A stretch of DNA of 64,000 nucleotides from Felis catus. Its lineage: Eukaryota. A program made the translations under genes and the position numbers. Below the pieces are notes generated by a model that ran no database searches, was not told the origin of the DNA, and was given only the letters and a program-made list of their open reading frames with translations. The stretch lies in assembly GCF_018350175.1 (NCBI RefSeq), contig NC_058373.1:112842001-112906000 (forward strand), written 5' to 3'. Shown here one piece after another: positions 1 to 13,342 of the stretch. Position 1 is the stretch's first letter, and every line of letters starts with the position of its first letter.

Positions 1-331
1 CTCAATCATTCACTCTTTTTCAGTTTATACATGAAACTTTCACATAAATGAAGACTATAATGCATAAATGAGATCTATAGTGTACCAAAATGTTGTCTTG
101 TCTTTCAAATATATAGTGAACATATGGAGAATAAATTATATTGGGATAGGTTGGAGGGGATCCACCATGTTAAATATTTAGTATCTGTTAAATAATCAAG
201 AAGCCTTCTGTACATATGCTTTACTTCATTTTAAGGTTTTTTTTTAATGCTGTAACAACTCAAATCTTCATATGCTTCACCTTTCCTCTTAACCCCTAAC
301 CTTAACTAATGTCTAATATTGTTCCTACCAA

Positions 332-586
332 TAAAAATAAGGTAAAAACAGAGAGGGAGGCAAACCATAAAAGACTCTTAAATACAGAGAACAAACTGAA
401 GGTAGCTGGAGGGGTATTGGGTGGAGAGAGGGGAAAATGAGTGATGGGCATTAAGGAGGGCACTTGTTGGGATGCGCACTGGATGTTATGTGTAAGTGAT
501 GAATCCCTGAATTCTCCTGAAGCCATTACTACACTATATGTTAACTAACTTGGATTTAAATAAAAATTTAAAAATCAATAAATAAA
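332..586 (+). mobile_element. 5'-truncated carnivore L1 3' UTR
   Basis: gagagggaggcaaaccataa…gagaacaaactga motif and A-rich tail. Perfect 18-bp TSD taatattgttcctaccaa at 314-331 and 587-604. Confidence 0.9.
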
Positions 587-1204
587 TAATATTGTTCCTA
601 CCAACAGTCATTTGGCCTGAGTAAGCATATGGTATCAAACCTGCCTTCTCAACTGTTTTGGTGACTACAATGGATAGCCATTAAGTCAAAAGTATCCTTC
701 AGTAGCCTCTCACTAGATTGGATGGGATGGTGGTTTTTAAATGTTGCAGTATCAGTGCTGTCACAATGAACTTAAGTAAGCTTTTGAGGAATTTATAATC
801 AACAGCAAACGGATTTATATCCATGTTTTATAAGAGGAAGTCTTAGACAATATATTTTCTTTTCAGCCTTCTGTTATCTGCCACATTCTTCCTATACTCC
901 TGATTCATAAAACTGATAGTTTTATGATATGAATCATGATCTTTATGATAAGTTCTATGAATATGATAGATCTTAGCCAAAGTGAGGAGAAGGAATCAAT
1001 TTCCCAGACCACTGAACTCAGAGTTGCCCCTTGACTTCCTCCACAGCCTTCTTAGAACTAACAACACAGTGAACTTTACAGCTGTGAAATCATTTCAATA
1101 AGTGACTTTGAAAAATTAAGATGCTTTTCCTTCTTATATCCAAAAGTCATTTGGGTATCCTAACATCTTAATTTAGACACATAAATTTAGACATCTAAAT
1201 TTAG

Positions 1205-1507
1205 ATTTATATATATATATTATATATATATATATATATTATATATATATATTATATTTATATATATATATATATATAATATATATATATATAAAATATA
1301 TAAAATATATATAAATATAATATATATATATATATAATATATAATATATATATATAATATAATATATATATATAATATATATATATAATATATAATATAT
1401 AATATATAATATATAATATATATATAATATAATATAATATAATATAAATATAAATATAAATATATAAAATATATATATATATATATATAAATATATAAAT
1501 ATATATA

Positions 1508-1543
<36 letters not shown>

Positions 1544-1718
1544 AATATATATAAATATATATATATATAAATATATAAATAAATATATATATATAAAATA
1601 TATATATATATATATATATAAATATATATATATAAAATATATATATATAAATATAATATAAATATATTATATTTATATATATATGTATATAATATATATA
1701 TATATATATATATAAAAT
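1205..1718. repeat. Long compound AT tract ((TA)n, TATAA, TATAAA units)
   Basis: Only A/T apart from one G at 1685. Confidence 0.98.
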
Positions 1719-2238
1719 CTGGGCCAGAATAAATGTCCATCCAAACAAATTAAATATACTACTTTTACCATTTAGATAATACATTTGGATTCAATGCTTA
1801 CAATTCATACTCAACTTTATAAATAGCTCTCTGTTTTGATTTCCATCTATATATGTCCATTGTCAACCATTTGAATCTGTAAAGACTCTTTCTGAAGATA
1901 TTTTTTAGGCCAGTCATCCCAGTGTAAAAAAGCTAGCACTCCAAAGGGTAGAGAATTTGTTAATGACTACTATTATTTGGGAAGCTGACTTGTATATAAG
2001 TATCTTGCTGACTACATAAAAATTCTATCACCTTATAACCAAGCATACTACACAAAACAGTGTAAATCATCAACTAATCTTTTCCATTCCTTTCTTCTTA
2101 TCAACCTCTTGATTACTTAATTGTATATATGGACAAGCGTCCCCAGTGATACATAGCCCTACCTTTAAAATTTTTGATCTCCACAGAATCTAGAAATTTG
2201 CATTTGTTATCATCTTCATCTTTATCAAATTTTATATT

Positions 2239-2460
2239 GGGCGCCTGGGTGGCGCAGTCGGTTAAGCGTCCGACTTCAGCCAGGTCACCATCTCGCGGCC
2301 CGGGAGTTTGAGCCCCGCGTCAGGCTCTGGGCTGATGGCTCAGAGCCTGGAGCCTGTTTCCGATTCTGTGTCTCCCTCTCTCTCTGCTCCTCCCCCGTTC
2401 ATGCTCTGTCTCTGTCTGTCCCAAAAATAAATAAACGTTGAAAAAAAAATTAAAAAAAAA
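2239..2460 (+). mobile_element. Young felid CAN-SINE (SINEC_Fc-like)
   Basis: tRNA-derived head, CT-rich region, aataaa and A tail, CpGs intact. TSD aaattttatat at 2227-2237 and 2461-2471. Confidence 0.95.
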
Positions 2461-4987
2461 AAATTTTATATGTTCTTTATTATATAGAACTTAGAGAATA
2501 CTGTGTGGGGGGAATGGTAGAACAGAATGGATATTATGTCCTCAGATTCTGAATATACAGGACCATAACTTCTTGGCACACCACCTAAATTTCTACAACT
2601 GAAATGCTCACTGCAGACTGTGAAGGTTGTAAACTCCCACCACCAAATATTCCTAAGAAAGCATATTAGTTATATTAATTATATATTGGGGAAACTGTTT
2701 TGCTTATTATAAATAGAGCTCTCATTGGACTGGAGAGAATGGGAAAAAGTAATTTTGCTCAGGTCTTCCTGAAATCATATATTTTACACAGCTTCAGCTG
2801 CTCACTGTGGCTTCTTTACCAAATGATAAACTTAAAACAGTCATAATACCTACTTGAGAAGTTACTCCTGCCTGGTTCCAATTCAAGTTTGAAGGCTGAG
2901 ACTCCTTTTCTAACATCACAAGCCCAAAGTTTATTCAACATTAATACTTGGGCTCCACCTATGGGCAAAGAGAAGGGACGATTTAACATGTAGGTAAGTG
3001 TATGTAAGAATATCCCATGTGATTTGCAGCACTACTGTATACTCTTTAAGTTCCCAAATAGATCATCTGGTCACATAATGAGTGAAGTCTAATATTGACT
3101 GATTGAAAAAGCTATCAATTATTTAGTCCTGAACCCTCCTGAGAGATGTGGATAGAGTTTCTTTTGTAGCTGAGAGGTGTATCTGATATATATTCCTTCT
3201 GTTCTCTCGTATCTTCTGCTAGCTGGTAGCCTAGACCATTTTTCAATCAACTGCCTATTTTTCTCCCAATCCTTTCCCTTGCCCTAGGTTTTTAGACAAA
3301 AATTTGAGGTAATGCATGTTTTTCTCTTTGAAGAAATTTAATCTCTGTTGTTAATTTGATACCAACTCCAAAATCAGAACAAATCCAGTAGGGATCAAAT
3401 TTACCTTAATTAAAGATAGTAACCTCTGTATTTAGCATGAGTCCAAAATAAAAAGATGGTTAATTATATATGTTATTATGCCCTTAACTAAATATGAAGC
3501 AGTTCTTTCTTTACAGATGAAATGTTTTATTTTTCTTTCCATGATTCTTGAAGGTCTCTAAAGACCAGATGGTATATGTATGCTACAAATAATGACTTTT
3601 CTTGGCTCTTCTAAATATAGTTACATGTTCAGATGAGGTAAATATTCTTATTTTTAAAAACATCTATTATCCTTGCCCTTTATTGAGATATAACTCATAT
3701 GTTATATAATTCACCCACTTAAAGTATATAGTTCAAGGGTTTTTAGTATATTCATAGATAGGTACAACCATCACCACAGTCAATTTTAGAACATTTTCAT
3801 CATGTCAAAAAGAACCTCATCCTCGTTAGCTTCCTCCTCTTCCCTTGTCACCCCCATCCAGCCCTAAGCAACTACTAGTCTACTTGCTACTATAGGTTTA
3901 CCTATCTGAACATTTTATATAATGGGATCATACAATATGTGGTCTTTTGTAACTGGGTTCTTCTACTTAGTATTTTCAAGATCTATCCATGTTGTAGTAT
4001 GTATCAGTACTTCATTCCTTTTTTTATTGTAGTAAAAAACATTAACATAAAATTTACCATCTTAACCATTATTAATTGTATAATTCTGTGACATTAGGTA
4101 TATTCACACTGTTGTGAAACATATCTCCAGAACTTTTTCATACTGGATACCTAAGCCTCTACACCCATTAAATAACTCTTCTTTTCCCCCTCATCTCAGC
4201 CCTTGGTAACCACAATACTACTTTCTGTTTCTAAGAATTTGACTACTTTATACCTCATATAAGTGGAATAATGTAGTTGTCTTTTTGTGGCTGATTTATT
4301 TTACTTTGCATAATGTCTTCAAGGTCAGTCCATGTTGTATCATGTCACAGTGTATAGAGATATACACCACATTTTGTTTACCCATTCATCCATTGATGGA
4401 CATTCGGGCTGCTTCTACCTCTTGACTGTTATGAATATTGCTACTATGAATATGGGTGTGAAAATATCTCTTTGAGACCCTGCTTTAAATTCTTTTGGAT
4501 ACATACTCAGAAGGAGAATTGATGGATCATATAGTATTTCTATTTTTAATTTTTTGAGAAACATTCTTATGGTTTTCCATGGTGGTTGCACTATTTTACA
4601 ATCCTACCAAGAGTGTATGAGGGTTCCAATTTCTCCACATTCTCATCAACACTTGTTATTTTGGGTTTTTTTTTTTATAGTAGCCATCCTAATAGGTGTG
4701 AGGTGATATCTCATTCTGGTTTTGATTTGCATTTCTCTGATGATTAGTGATGTTGAGCATTTTTTCATATGCTTGCTGACTATTTGTATACCATTTTTGG
4801 GGAAACATCTGCTCAAGTTTTTTGCCCATTTTTAGTTGGGTTACTTGATCTTTTTGTTGAGTTATAAGAGTTCTTTATATATATATTCAGGACATTAGCC
4901 ATTTATCAGATTTGCAAATATATTCTTCCATTCCATCAATTACCTTTTCACTGTGTTGATTATGTCCTTTAATGCATGGAAGCTTTT

Positions 4988-5416
4988 TTTTCCGATATAA
5001 TCTTTTTTTAAGTTTTTTATTTTAATTCCAGTATAGTTAACACAGAGTATTATGTTAGTTTCAGGTATACAATATAGTGATTCAACAATGCCATGTATTA
5101 TGCAGTGCTCATCCTGGTAAGTGTACTCTTTAATCCCCATCACCTATTTCACCCATCCCCCCATCTACCTCCCCTCTGGTAACCTTCAGTTTGTTCTCTA
5201 TAGTTAAGAGTCTGTTTCTTGGTTTGTTTCTCTTTTTTTTCCCCTTTGTTCATTTGTTTTGTTGTTTAAATTCCACATATGAGTGAAATCACATATTGTT
5301 TGTCTTTTTCCAACTGACTTATTTCACTTAGCATTACACTCTCTAGCTCCATCCATATTGTTGAAAATGGCAAGATGTCATTCTTTTTATGGCTGAATAA
5401 TATTCCATTGTATGTA

Positions 5417-5459
<43 letters not shown>

Positions 5460-5634
5460 ACACACACACACACACATATATGTATACCACATCTTCTTTA
5501 TCCGTTCATCATTCAGTGGACATGTGAGCTGCTTCCATAATTTGGCTATTATAAATAATGCTGCAATACACATAGGGGTGCATGTATCCCTTGGAAATAG
5601 TTTTTGTATTTTGGGGGGTAAATACCCAGTAGTG
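4988..5634 (-). mobile_element. Carnivore L1 3' fragment nested in the older L1, with an internal (TG/TA/CA)n repeat
   Basis: Translates to L1-like IWMELESVMLSEISQ and DTCTPMCIAALF. Degenerate TSD atgcatggaagctttt / atgcacaaaagttttt. Confidence 0.85.
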
Positions 5635-5729
5635 ATGCACAAAAGTTTTTAAGTTTGATGTAACTCCATTTGTCTATGTTTGCTTTAGTTGCCTATGCCT
5701 TTGGCGTCATGCTCAAGAAATCATTGCCA

Positions 5730-6203
5730 AAACCAAGAAATAGACTCTTAACTATAGAGAACAAACTGATAGTTACCAGAAGGGAAGTGGGTGGGGGGAA
5801 TTGGTTAAATAGGTGAAAAGGAGGAGCGCCTGGTGGCTCAGTTGGTTAAGCGTCCAACTTTGGCTCAGGTCATGATCTCACAGTTCGAGATCAAGTTCGT
5901 GAGTTCGAGCCCCGCATCGGGCTCTGTGCTGACCAATCAGAGCCTGCAGCCTGCTTCGAATTCTGTGTCTCCCTCTCTCTCTCTCTGCCCCTCCCCAACT
6001 TGCACTCTGTGTGTCTCTCTCTCAAAAATAAATGAACATTAAAAAAATTATAAAAAATAAAATTTTAAAAATTAGGTGAAAGGGTCAACTTGTTGTCATG
6101 AGCTCCAGGTGATGAATGGGTTGAATCACTATACTGTACACTTGAAACTAATATTAACACTGTATGTTAACTGACTGGAATTTAAATAAAAGCTTCTTAA
6201 AAA
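5730..6203 (+). mobile_element. Carnivore L1 3' UTR fragment, itself interrupted by a SINE
   Basis: aaccaagaaatagactcttaactatagagaacaaactg…ctgtatgttaactgactggaatttaaataaa. Confidence 0.85.
5822..6072 (+). mobile_element. CAN-SINE nested in the L1 3' UTR
   Basis: SINE head and tail. TSD taggtgaaa at 5810-5818 and 6073-6081. Confidence 0.92.
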
Positions 6204-6455
6204 TGTGAGGCCCACTTAGATTGTTGGGACAAATGTTTCAATATAAAATCAGAAAATGTTTGAAAAATATAAAACATTTTATGTATTCATCACCATTATT
6301 AAAAAAACCATTGCCACACCCAATGTCATAAAGCTTTTCGTCCATCTTTTCTTCTAAGAGTGATATAGTTTTAGGTTTTATATGTAGTTCTTTAATCCAT
6401 TTTGAGTTAATTTTTATATATAGTGGAAGATAAGGGTCTGTTCTATTCTGTTTGA

Positions 6456-6680
6456 ATTAGTTAAGGCTCTCCAGAGAAACAGAACCGATAGGATATATAT
6501 ATGTATATATACATATACATATATATATATACATATACATATACGTGTGTGTGGGTGTGTGTGTGTGTATAGAGGGGGGGAGGGAGAGGGATTTATTAGG
6601 AGGAATTGGCTCACATGATTATGGATGCTGAGAAGTCTCAGGATATGTCATCTGCAAGCTGGAGACCCAGGAGAACCGGT
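6456..6680 (-). mobile_element. MLT2-like (ERVL) LTR fragment with internal microsatellite
   Basis: ctctccagagaaacagaacc-ataggat…gaggaattggctcacatgattatgga…ctgcaagctggagacccagga signature. Confidence 0.8.
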
Positions 6681-8386
6681 TATTTTGTAACTGGAAGTTT
6701 ATACTTCTTAATCTCCTTGTACTATCTTTGAATATTAACTATTACCTTTACTGAGCTATTCATAATCCCAGCAAAGTCATTCTCTTAGAATCTGAGCTAG
6801 TGTATAACTTACATTTTCATGAACTACCCTAGGCCAGATTACAAGGAGCCACCCCAGGAAGTTTATTGTGATCCTGTCAAATGCCATGGGGCTCGCCATC
6901 GGGTTCATTTGGTAGTTTATAGTGTATAAGTGAATACAAACTAGACTCTCTGGTTTCACCACTTCCTTGGTCTTACTAAATATAGGTCAGTAGCTTCAGG
7001 ATATGTCCAGAATAGCTACAACCTTCTAGGAATATCTGAAGCTAAAAATGGCTAAGAATTTTCCCCTTCCAATTCATCTATCACCTCCCTAAAAGGAAAG
7101 AGTTAATATCACTGTCACTGTAGATCAGAATACAAAATGAAAAATCTCTCTGTACTTATTTCTAGATCCTGGGATCTGGAAATCAGAGGCCCTACAAAGC
7201 CAAAAACAAAAAACAAACAAAGACACCCATTCAGCTCTGGAAGCAATGGAGTTTTCTAAATTATACAAACATCTCCTGTAAATCAAGTCCTGTATTACTT
7301 ACAGTCTCTAGGGACAAGCTTGATGTGTTCCCTCCCCCTCTTCTTCCATTTCCACTTCCTATTATTCCTTTGCTTCTTTGAAATAATAAGACAGATTCTG
7401 ACTAGAAGATTTAAGGAATTGGTCATGACTCTTGAAACTCTTATTTTTATTGGCACTGATTCAAATTCCTAAGCTCTAGCTAAAAATGATTATTATCCAG
7501 AGTGGTTTCAATAGTCATTTCACAAGACAAATTACTGTCCCTCTGCTTAGAGTCAATAATTTTTTAGGTTAATAAAGCCAAAATCAAAGGCTAAAATTCC
7601 TTTTCTTTACTTTTCTTAAGAAAAAGAAAAACTTGCTTAATGTAAAAACAGCATATGATCATTGTAGAAAACTTAGAAATTTTCAGAAAAGTATAGCAAA
7701 GGGAATAAAAATCATACATAATTCTAAACATACTAAATTAACAAATGCATTACATTTTCATATATGCCTTTCTCTTTTTCTATTGACATGTACACATCTA
7801 TGTTAACAGAGTTAAGATTATATACTACATGTATAGTTCTGCATGTGTTTTAAACATATGTCATAAAAATTTTCCTGGTCAGTGAATATTCTTCATAAAT
7901 ATTACTTTAGTTTGCATAATATTTTATCATAAAAATAGACCATTGTGTATTTAAATTTCTATATTATTGACCTTTTTATTTCTTTCCTTTTCTTACTAAT
8001 ATAAGCAACTGAAATAAATATGTGCATAAACATTTATCTGTTTTCTTAGGATAGATTTCTAGAAGTGAAATTACTGGGTAAATGAATAGAAAATGTTTAA
8101 GAATTGGGTTTTTAAAGAAAATCATCTTTGGGTAGTTAAAGGATTAATGACACATCAAACTCAATACATCTTTGATGACTGTGTAGCCGCTCATATTCAG
8201 ATAATCTCTGCAAGCATAACTATTAAATGACTGAATCTAATCTTTCATTTCAGACATAAGGATACATCTTTTCCTTCTGTCTCCAACTCCTTGGGATAGA
8301 AATCAGGAGGTCTAACTGAGCCTATATACAAGCTTTGTCAGACAGGCACACATACCTACCTTGTTTATGACTGCCTGTTTAACTGA

Positions 8387-8644
<258 letters not shown>

Positions 8645-11178
8645 TAATCACAGATAACAATCTGGATTAAAACTTTTCAGTGAAAGTATTATAGTTACCT
8701 GAAAATGCTTGTTGACAAATAAATATGTAGAGATTGATTGAAACTCTATACTATAATTTATTCTTCTGACCTCTACACATACTGGTAGCAGACAGTCCTG
8801 GTCTAGAAGTTTTCCAGATGTTTTCTAGTTGAAAACTATGTGGTCCAAGAAAGAAGAGCAGATTTCCAGCACAGAGATAATGTAGGGTGGTCTTTTCTTC
8901 TGCTTTAAACCCAGACATCATTAAGGGCTTCTTAAAAAGCAAGCACGGTTCCCTGGAAGAACTGGATTTCAACGCTCTGAAACCTTACATAGTACCAGCA
9001 ATTTATACCTTTGGAGTTGCCTGAGATTGCATAAAGGTTAAAAGCAAAATACTAAATAGCAGTTGCCTGCTTAAAGTCTAATCTAAGAACCCAAAATGAA
9101 AATGCAAGTGAATTACTTAGAAACTATTATTGGTTATTAACTCAAGGCTGATATCATTGAAGAAATGTCTAAAAACATTTCCCAGTTGACTAGAGCTGTG
9201 AAGACAGGTTCCTTTTTAATGGTCCTTTATGAAGTCTCTTACTTGTTTGTTGTTGTTGCTTTTACTCCATTTAGCCATTAAAAAAATTTCCTCTTTTTTA
9301 TAATTAAATATATTCATTAATCTCCTCCATGTTCCATCACTATCTCTTAGCAGTATCTTTTTGTGTTGGAGACAACATAGCAAATGGTTAAGGTTATGGG
9401 CTTCGAAAAGCAAAGTCAGAGTTAATCTGGTTTCAAGTACCGATTCTATCCATGTAACTTTGAGCAAATTACCTAAACTTTTTGAGCTTCAGTTTTCTCC
9501 ATGATGATGATTATAAAAATACTTACCCCCAACAAGTTGTTTTGAGAATTAAATGAGACCCTAGAAAGCCTTAGTAAAGTATCTGGCACCAAAAACAAGC
9601 ACACAATAATTGTTTTTTTAAACGTTTGATAATGGTAACTATTATTATCACTATCATTAGTATAAACACATTTCCTTAGATCATCTCTGGAAAGAAAGGT
9701 AACATTTATCTGAATTGTTCTCATATTCTATGTAAATAAAGTGGTGGAGAGATTAATTCCTACTAGTGTATTCCTTCACAGGAATACTATCTTAGATGTA
9801 CCTCATTCAGCTTGATCCCACTAAAGGAGAGTATTTCTGAGAACCTGAATAACAAATCCCTGGCAGCTCTTAGGACTTTTTTTCTTCCAAATGTATTCCT
9901 TCTACAGTGCTTATTATAATTAATATTGTCCAGAAAGAAAATTAGTTCAATCTTCTGATAGCCTCATTGGCTCTTGTTGCTTCTTATTCTCCAACTAAAA
10001 TGTCAGTTCTGTTTTGAATTTATAATTGGTAACCATATAGGATTACTGTAAAATGACAAGGAATTCTTACTTCCAGAGTAGAACAAACAACTATAGCAGA
10101 TGAAATACCAAAGGGATAAGAAAGTATTTTTTACATTCTTGATAATATAATATAGGAGAAAGTGAGAAAATAAATTATTGGAGGCAGAATTATTCTCAAA
10201 CAGAATGTTGTTCTGTGATTTTTACATGAGTTAGCAACAGCTCAATAAAAAGAAATTATGCTCTTAGCTTTTCTAGTTGCCAGAAAGAGTGATTAGCCCA
10301 CATGAGCCTCAAAAGAGCCTTTCTGCTACTATAGAATATACCAAAGAAATTTTACTTAAAATTTCCTTTCGGTATCTTATTTTTTCTTTTGATTTGAAGT
10401 GGTGGTGTTTTTAGTTATTTCACATGCATACACACACACACACACACACACACATGTGCACACACACGCATGCACACACATACAAACCATCTAAAATAAC
10501 ATCTCACAATATAAAAGGTTTAACAAACTATCATGCTCGTGATTCATTATGTGTTTCCTGTGAAGTGTTGGTAGTGTAGCTATCTCTAAGATACAGAATA
10601 TGTAACAGAGACATAATACATAACAGATAACCATTGTGGATAAGGTTCAATCTCAAACTAAGAGTGTTTGATGTGTCTATGTATATATACCAATATCATA
10701 ATTAAGGCAATAGAAGACATCAGTGAACAAAGAGGCATGGTCCTAGTTTCTGTGTTAGAACACTCCCCACAGGCAGTGTTTGGTAAAGAATATCCTTGAG
10801 GCTATTGTTGTGGCTCTCTACCACTCTACTTCGTGTGCCTTCTTCTCTCCACCCCTGTCTTCCTTTACTCCCGTTCCTGTCTCCCCACTCCCTTTATTCT
10901 CCCTTTTTTCTTCTCCTCTGCCTTTGCCTTAGGCCTTCCAGTAATACCCAGTGGCACCAGTGAGCATTGCTAACCCTGTAGGTGTAAAGAGGTTGCTAAC
11001 TTGCTCTGGATCACTAAGCATTAGCCAATATCCTTCAGAAACATGTGGCATAAAACTCCAAACCAGTTGGAGGATCACTTGCTTTAAGGTATGTGGGTTG
11101 CAAATCAAGACAGTAAAAAATGACTAAGCAAATAACAAATAGAGACAAATTAAAAAAAAAAAAAAAAAAGAAAGAATA

Positions 11179-11643
11179 GGGGCGCCTGGGTGGCTCAGTC
11201 AGCTGAGCGTCCCACTTCAGCTCAGGTCACGATCTCACTGCCAGTGAGTTCAAGCCCCGCGTCAGGCTCTGTGCTGACAGCTCAGAGCCTGGAGCCTGTT
11301 TCGGATTCTGTGTATCCCTCTCTTTCTGACCCACCCCGTTCATGCTCTGTCTCTCTCTGTCTCAAAAATAAATAAACGTTTGGGGGGCCTGGGTGGCGCA
11401 GTCGGTTAAGCGTCCGACTTCAGCCAGGTCACGGTCTCGCGGTCCGTGAGTTCGAGCCCCGCGTTGGGCTCTGGGCTGATGGCTCAGAGCCTGGAGCCTG
11501 TTTCCGTTTCTGTGTCTCCCTCTCTCTCTGCCCCTCACCCGTTCATGCTCTGTCTCTCTCTGTCCCAAAAATAAATAAACGTTGAAAAAAAAATTTAAAA
11601 AAAATTAAAAAAAAATAAATAAACGTTAAAAAAAATTTTTTTT
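11179..11643 (+). mobile_element. CAN-SINE (outer element) whose tail is split by a second SINE
   Basis: Body 11179-11380, residual tail 11628-11643. TSD aaaagaaagaa at 11166-11176 and 11644-11654. Confidence 0.92.
11382..11610 (+). mobile_element. Young felid CAN-SINE inserted in the tail of the preceding SINE
   Basis: CpG-rich body. TSD aaaaataaataaacgtt at 11364-11380 and 11611-11627. Confidence 0.95.
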
Positions 11644-11732
11644 AAAAGAAAGAAACTGAAACAAAGAACTTTAAAAAAAAAGAATAAAGTTTAAAGACTG
11701 CAGGAATCAAGGGATGATGATATAACATAGTA

Positions 11733-11756
11733 GTCGTCGTCGTCGTCGTCGTCGTC
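11733..11756. repeat. (GTC)8 microsatellite
   Basis: Eight perfect GTC units. Confidence 0.95.
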
Positions 11757-13342
11757 GTAGTCATCAAAGAGAAAGGGAGAGATTTATTTTGGGCTCAGGC
11801 AGAAGGGGAAGGTGCCAGGCTCAAGCCTTAACAATCACCCCAAGAATGGGGTTAATTTGAAAGATAAAAGCAGAGAAAAGAAAATGAAAGTAGCATGTTA
11901 CCAATTAGGATTGATCTGGTATTTTTATTCGTATTTTTGAAGAGCTGTTTCTCTCTTCACACTAATTAAGCTAATCATCTTGATGCATTTCTGCCTTCCT
12001 GTAGAGATGCCCATGCCTGTCTTCTCAGTTTTCTTGGAGATGTTCGTGAAGGCAGAAGTACCTCGTTCAGCTTTCTTGAAAATTTTCTATTTGAAAGGCT
12101 TATCCCTTCAGAACTTGTTTTACAGAGATGATTTAGAAAAAGGCAAAAGAAAGAACAAGCCACTAATTACTTTAAGAATCATGTGTAACAATTCTGGAAG
12201 GATATGAAAAATTTTTGCCATTTGGGTAAAGTAAATTTGAAAGGTTTTTTTTTTCTTTTTTACATCCTGATTGAAATACATGCATATGAAAAATACAGAA
12301 AATTAAAAAGAACATTTTAAAATTACCCTTTATGTCACTGCCTACCCAGCCACCATTAAGACTTCAGTGTACTTCCAGTGGGTTAAAATGCATACGAAAA
12401 TTCAGTATAACCTTTTTGATTCAGAGCTAGTCTTGTTCTTTCGGGAAAGCCGTGTTCTAAGGTTTCTATTTCTCCCATCTAAATCTCTGGCCACAGCTGG
12501 TTTTCCACTTAATAACTTACTGCTTTCCACTATACGTCACTCTGGATAAAGAAGAGGGCCTTATGATGTGGGAGTATTACTCAAGTGAGCAGAGAGATAT
12601 TTAGATTAATTAATTTTAGTCAGTTCCAAAAAGCCTAAAATACTATATTTAAGGATATAATATCTCTTTTCACAATACTAACAATAAATGAGCATTTTTT
12701 TTCCAGGAAGATGATGGTAAAGAATATAAAATCTTTTCTCACTCACCTGTCCTACCCTTAACTTCCTGCTTTCCCTAAGAAAAAGCCACAGATTTAAAAT
12801 TCCAAACAACTCACTTGATTTAATCCTTCAGTATGATTGCAAAAAGTATTAATCTTGCTGTGCTAGTCTTGTCACCTTCCCTTGCCCCCCAGCACTTTCT
12901 ATAATCTTAATTTTAGTATATACATAAATGCTATTATCCTGCTGCCTATCATCCAGTCTTAGTGTGGTTCCATAATCAGTTTCTTAATCCCTCTGCCTTA
13001 TTTGTCTGTCAACGATATTTCCTAGGACCTCTGAACATATGCTATCTCTATAGCCTCAGTTTATTCAGCCCTAACATGAAAAGGTTGAAACCCCTTATTA
13101 TTGAAAACTAATGAATAGCTATAAAGTGTTTCAAGAGGCTTAAAGAGAGTTCACATATGGCTGGAAAATGAAAATGAAGAATTGTTCTATAGCAGATAGC
13201 TCGGGAAGATCATATTCTACACATTGCCACAATGAATAGTTAACTAATGGTATCCATTTTTAAATGATATCATTGAAAATCTTCAAGTAAACAGGTGAAG
13301 AAGACTAAAAGTGTTTTCTGGACATTAAAAAAGGAAGGTAGT

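Larger units (their letters stand above)
3680..6450 (-). mobile_element. Old L1 (L1MA/MB-like) 3' portions interrupted by younger insertions
   Basis: Two antisense L1 3' ends starting near 3680 and 4020, then antisense ORF2 3' sequence that resumes at 5635-5729 and 6303-6450. Confidence 0.85.

Noticed and set aside
1239..1784. Long I/Y-rich ORFs (181 and 160 aa)
   Set aside because: Translation artefacts of the AT microsatellite.
11190..11568. Recurrent MAQSV/SSSPASGS-type ORFs suggesting a gene family
   Set aside because: All are CAN-SINE translations.
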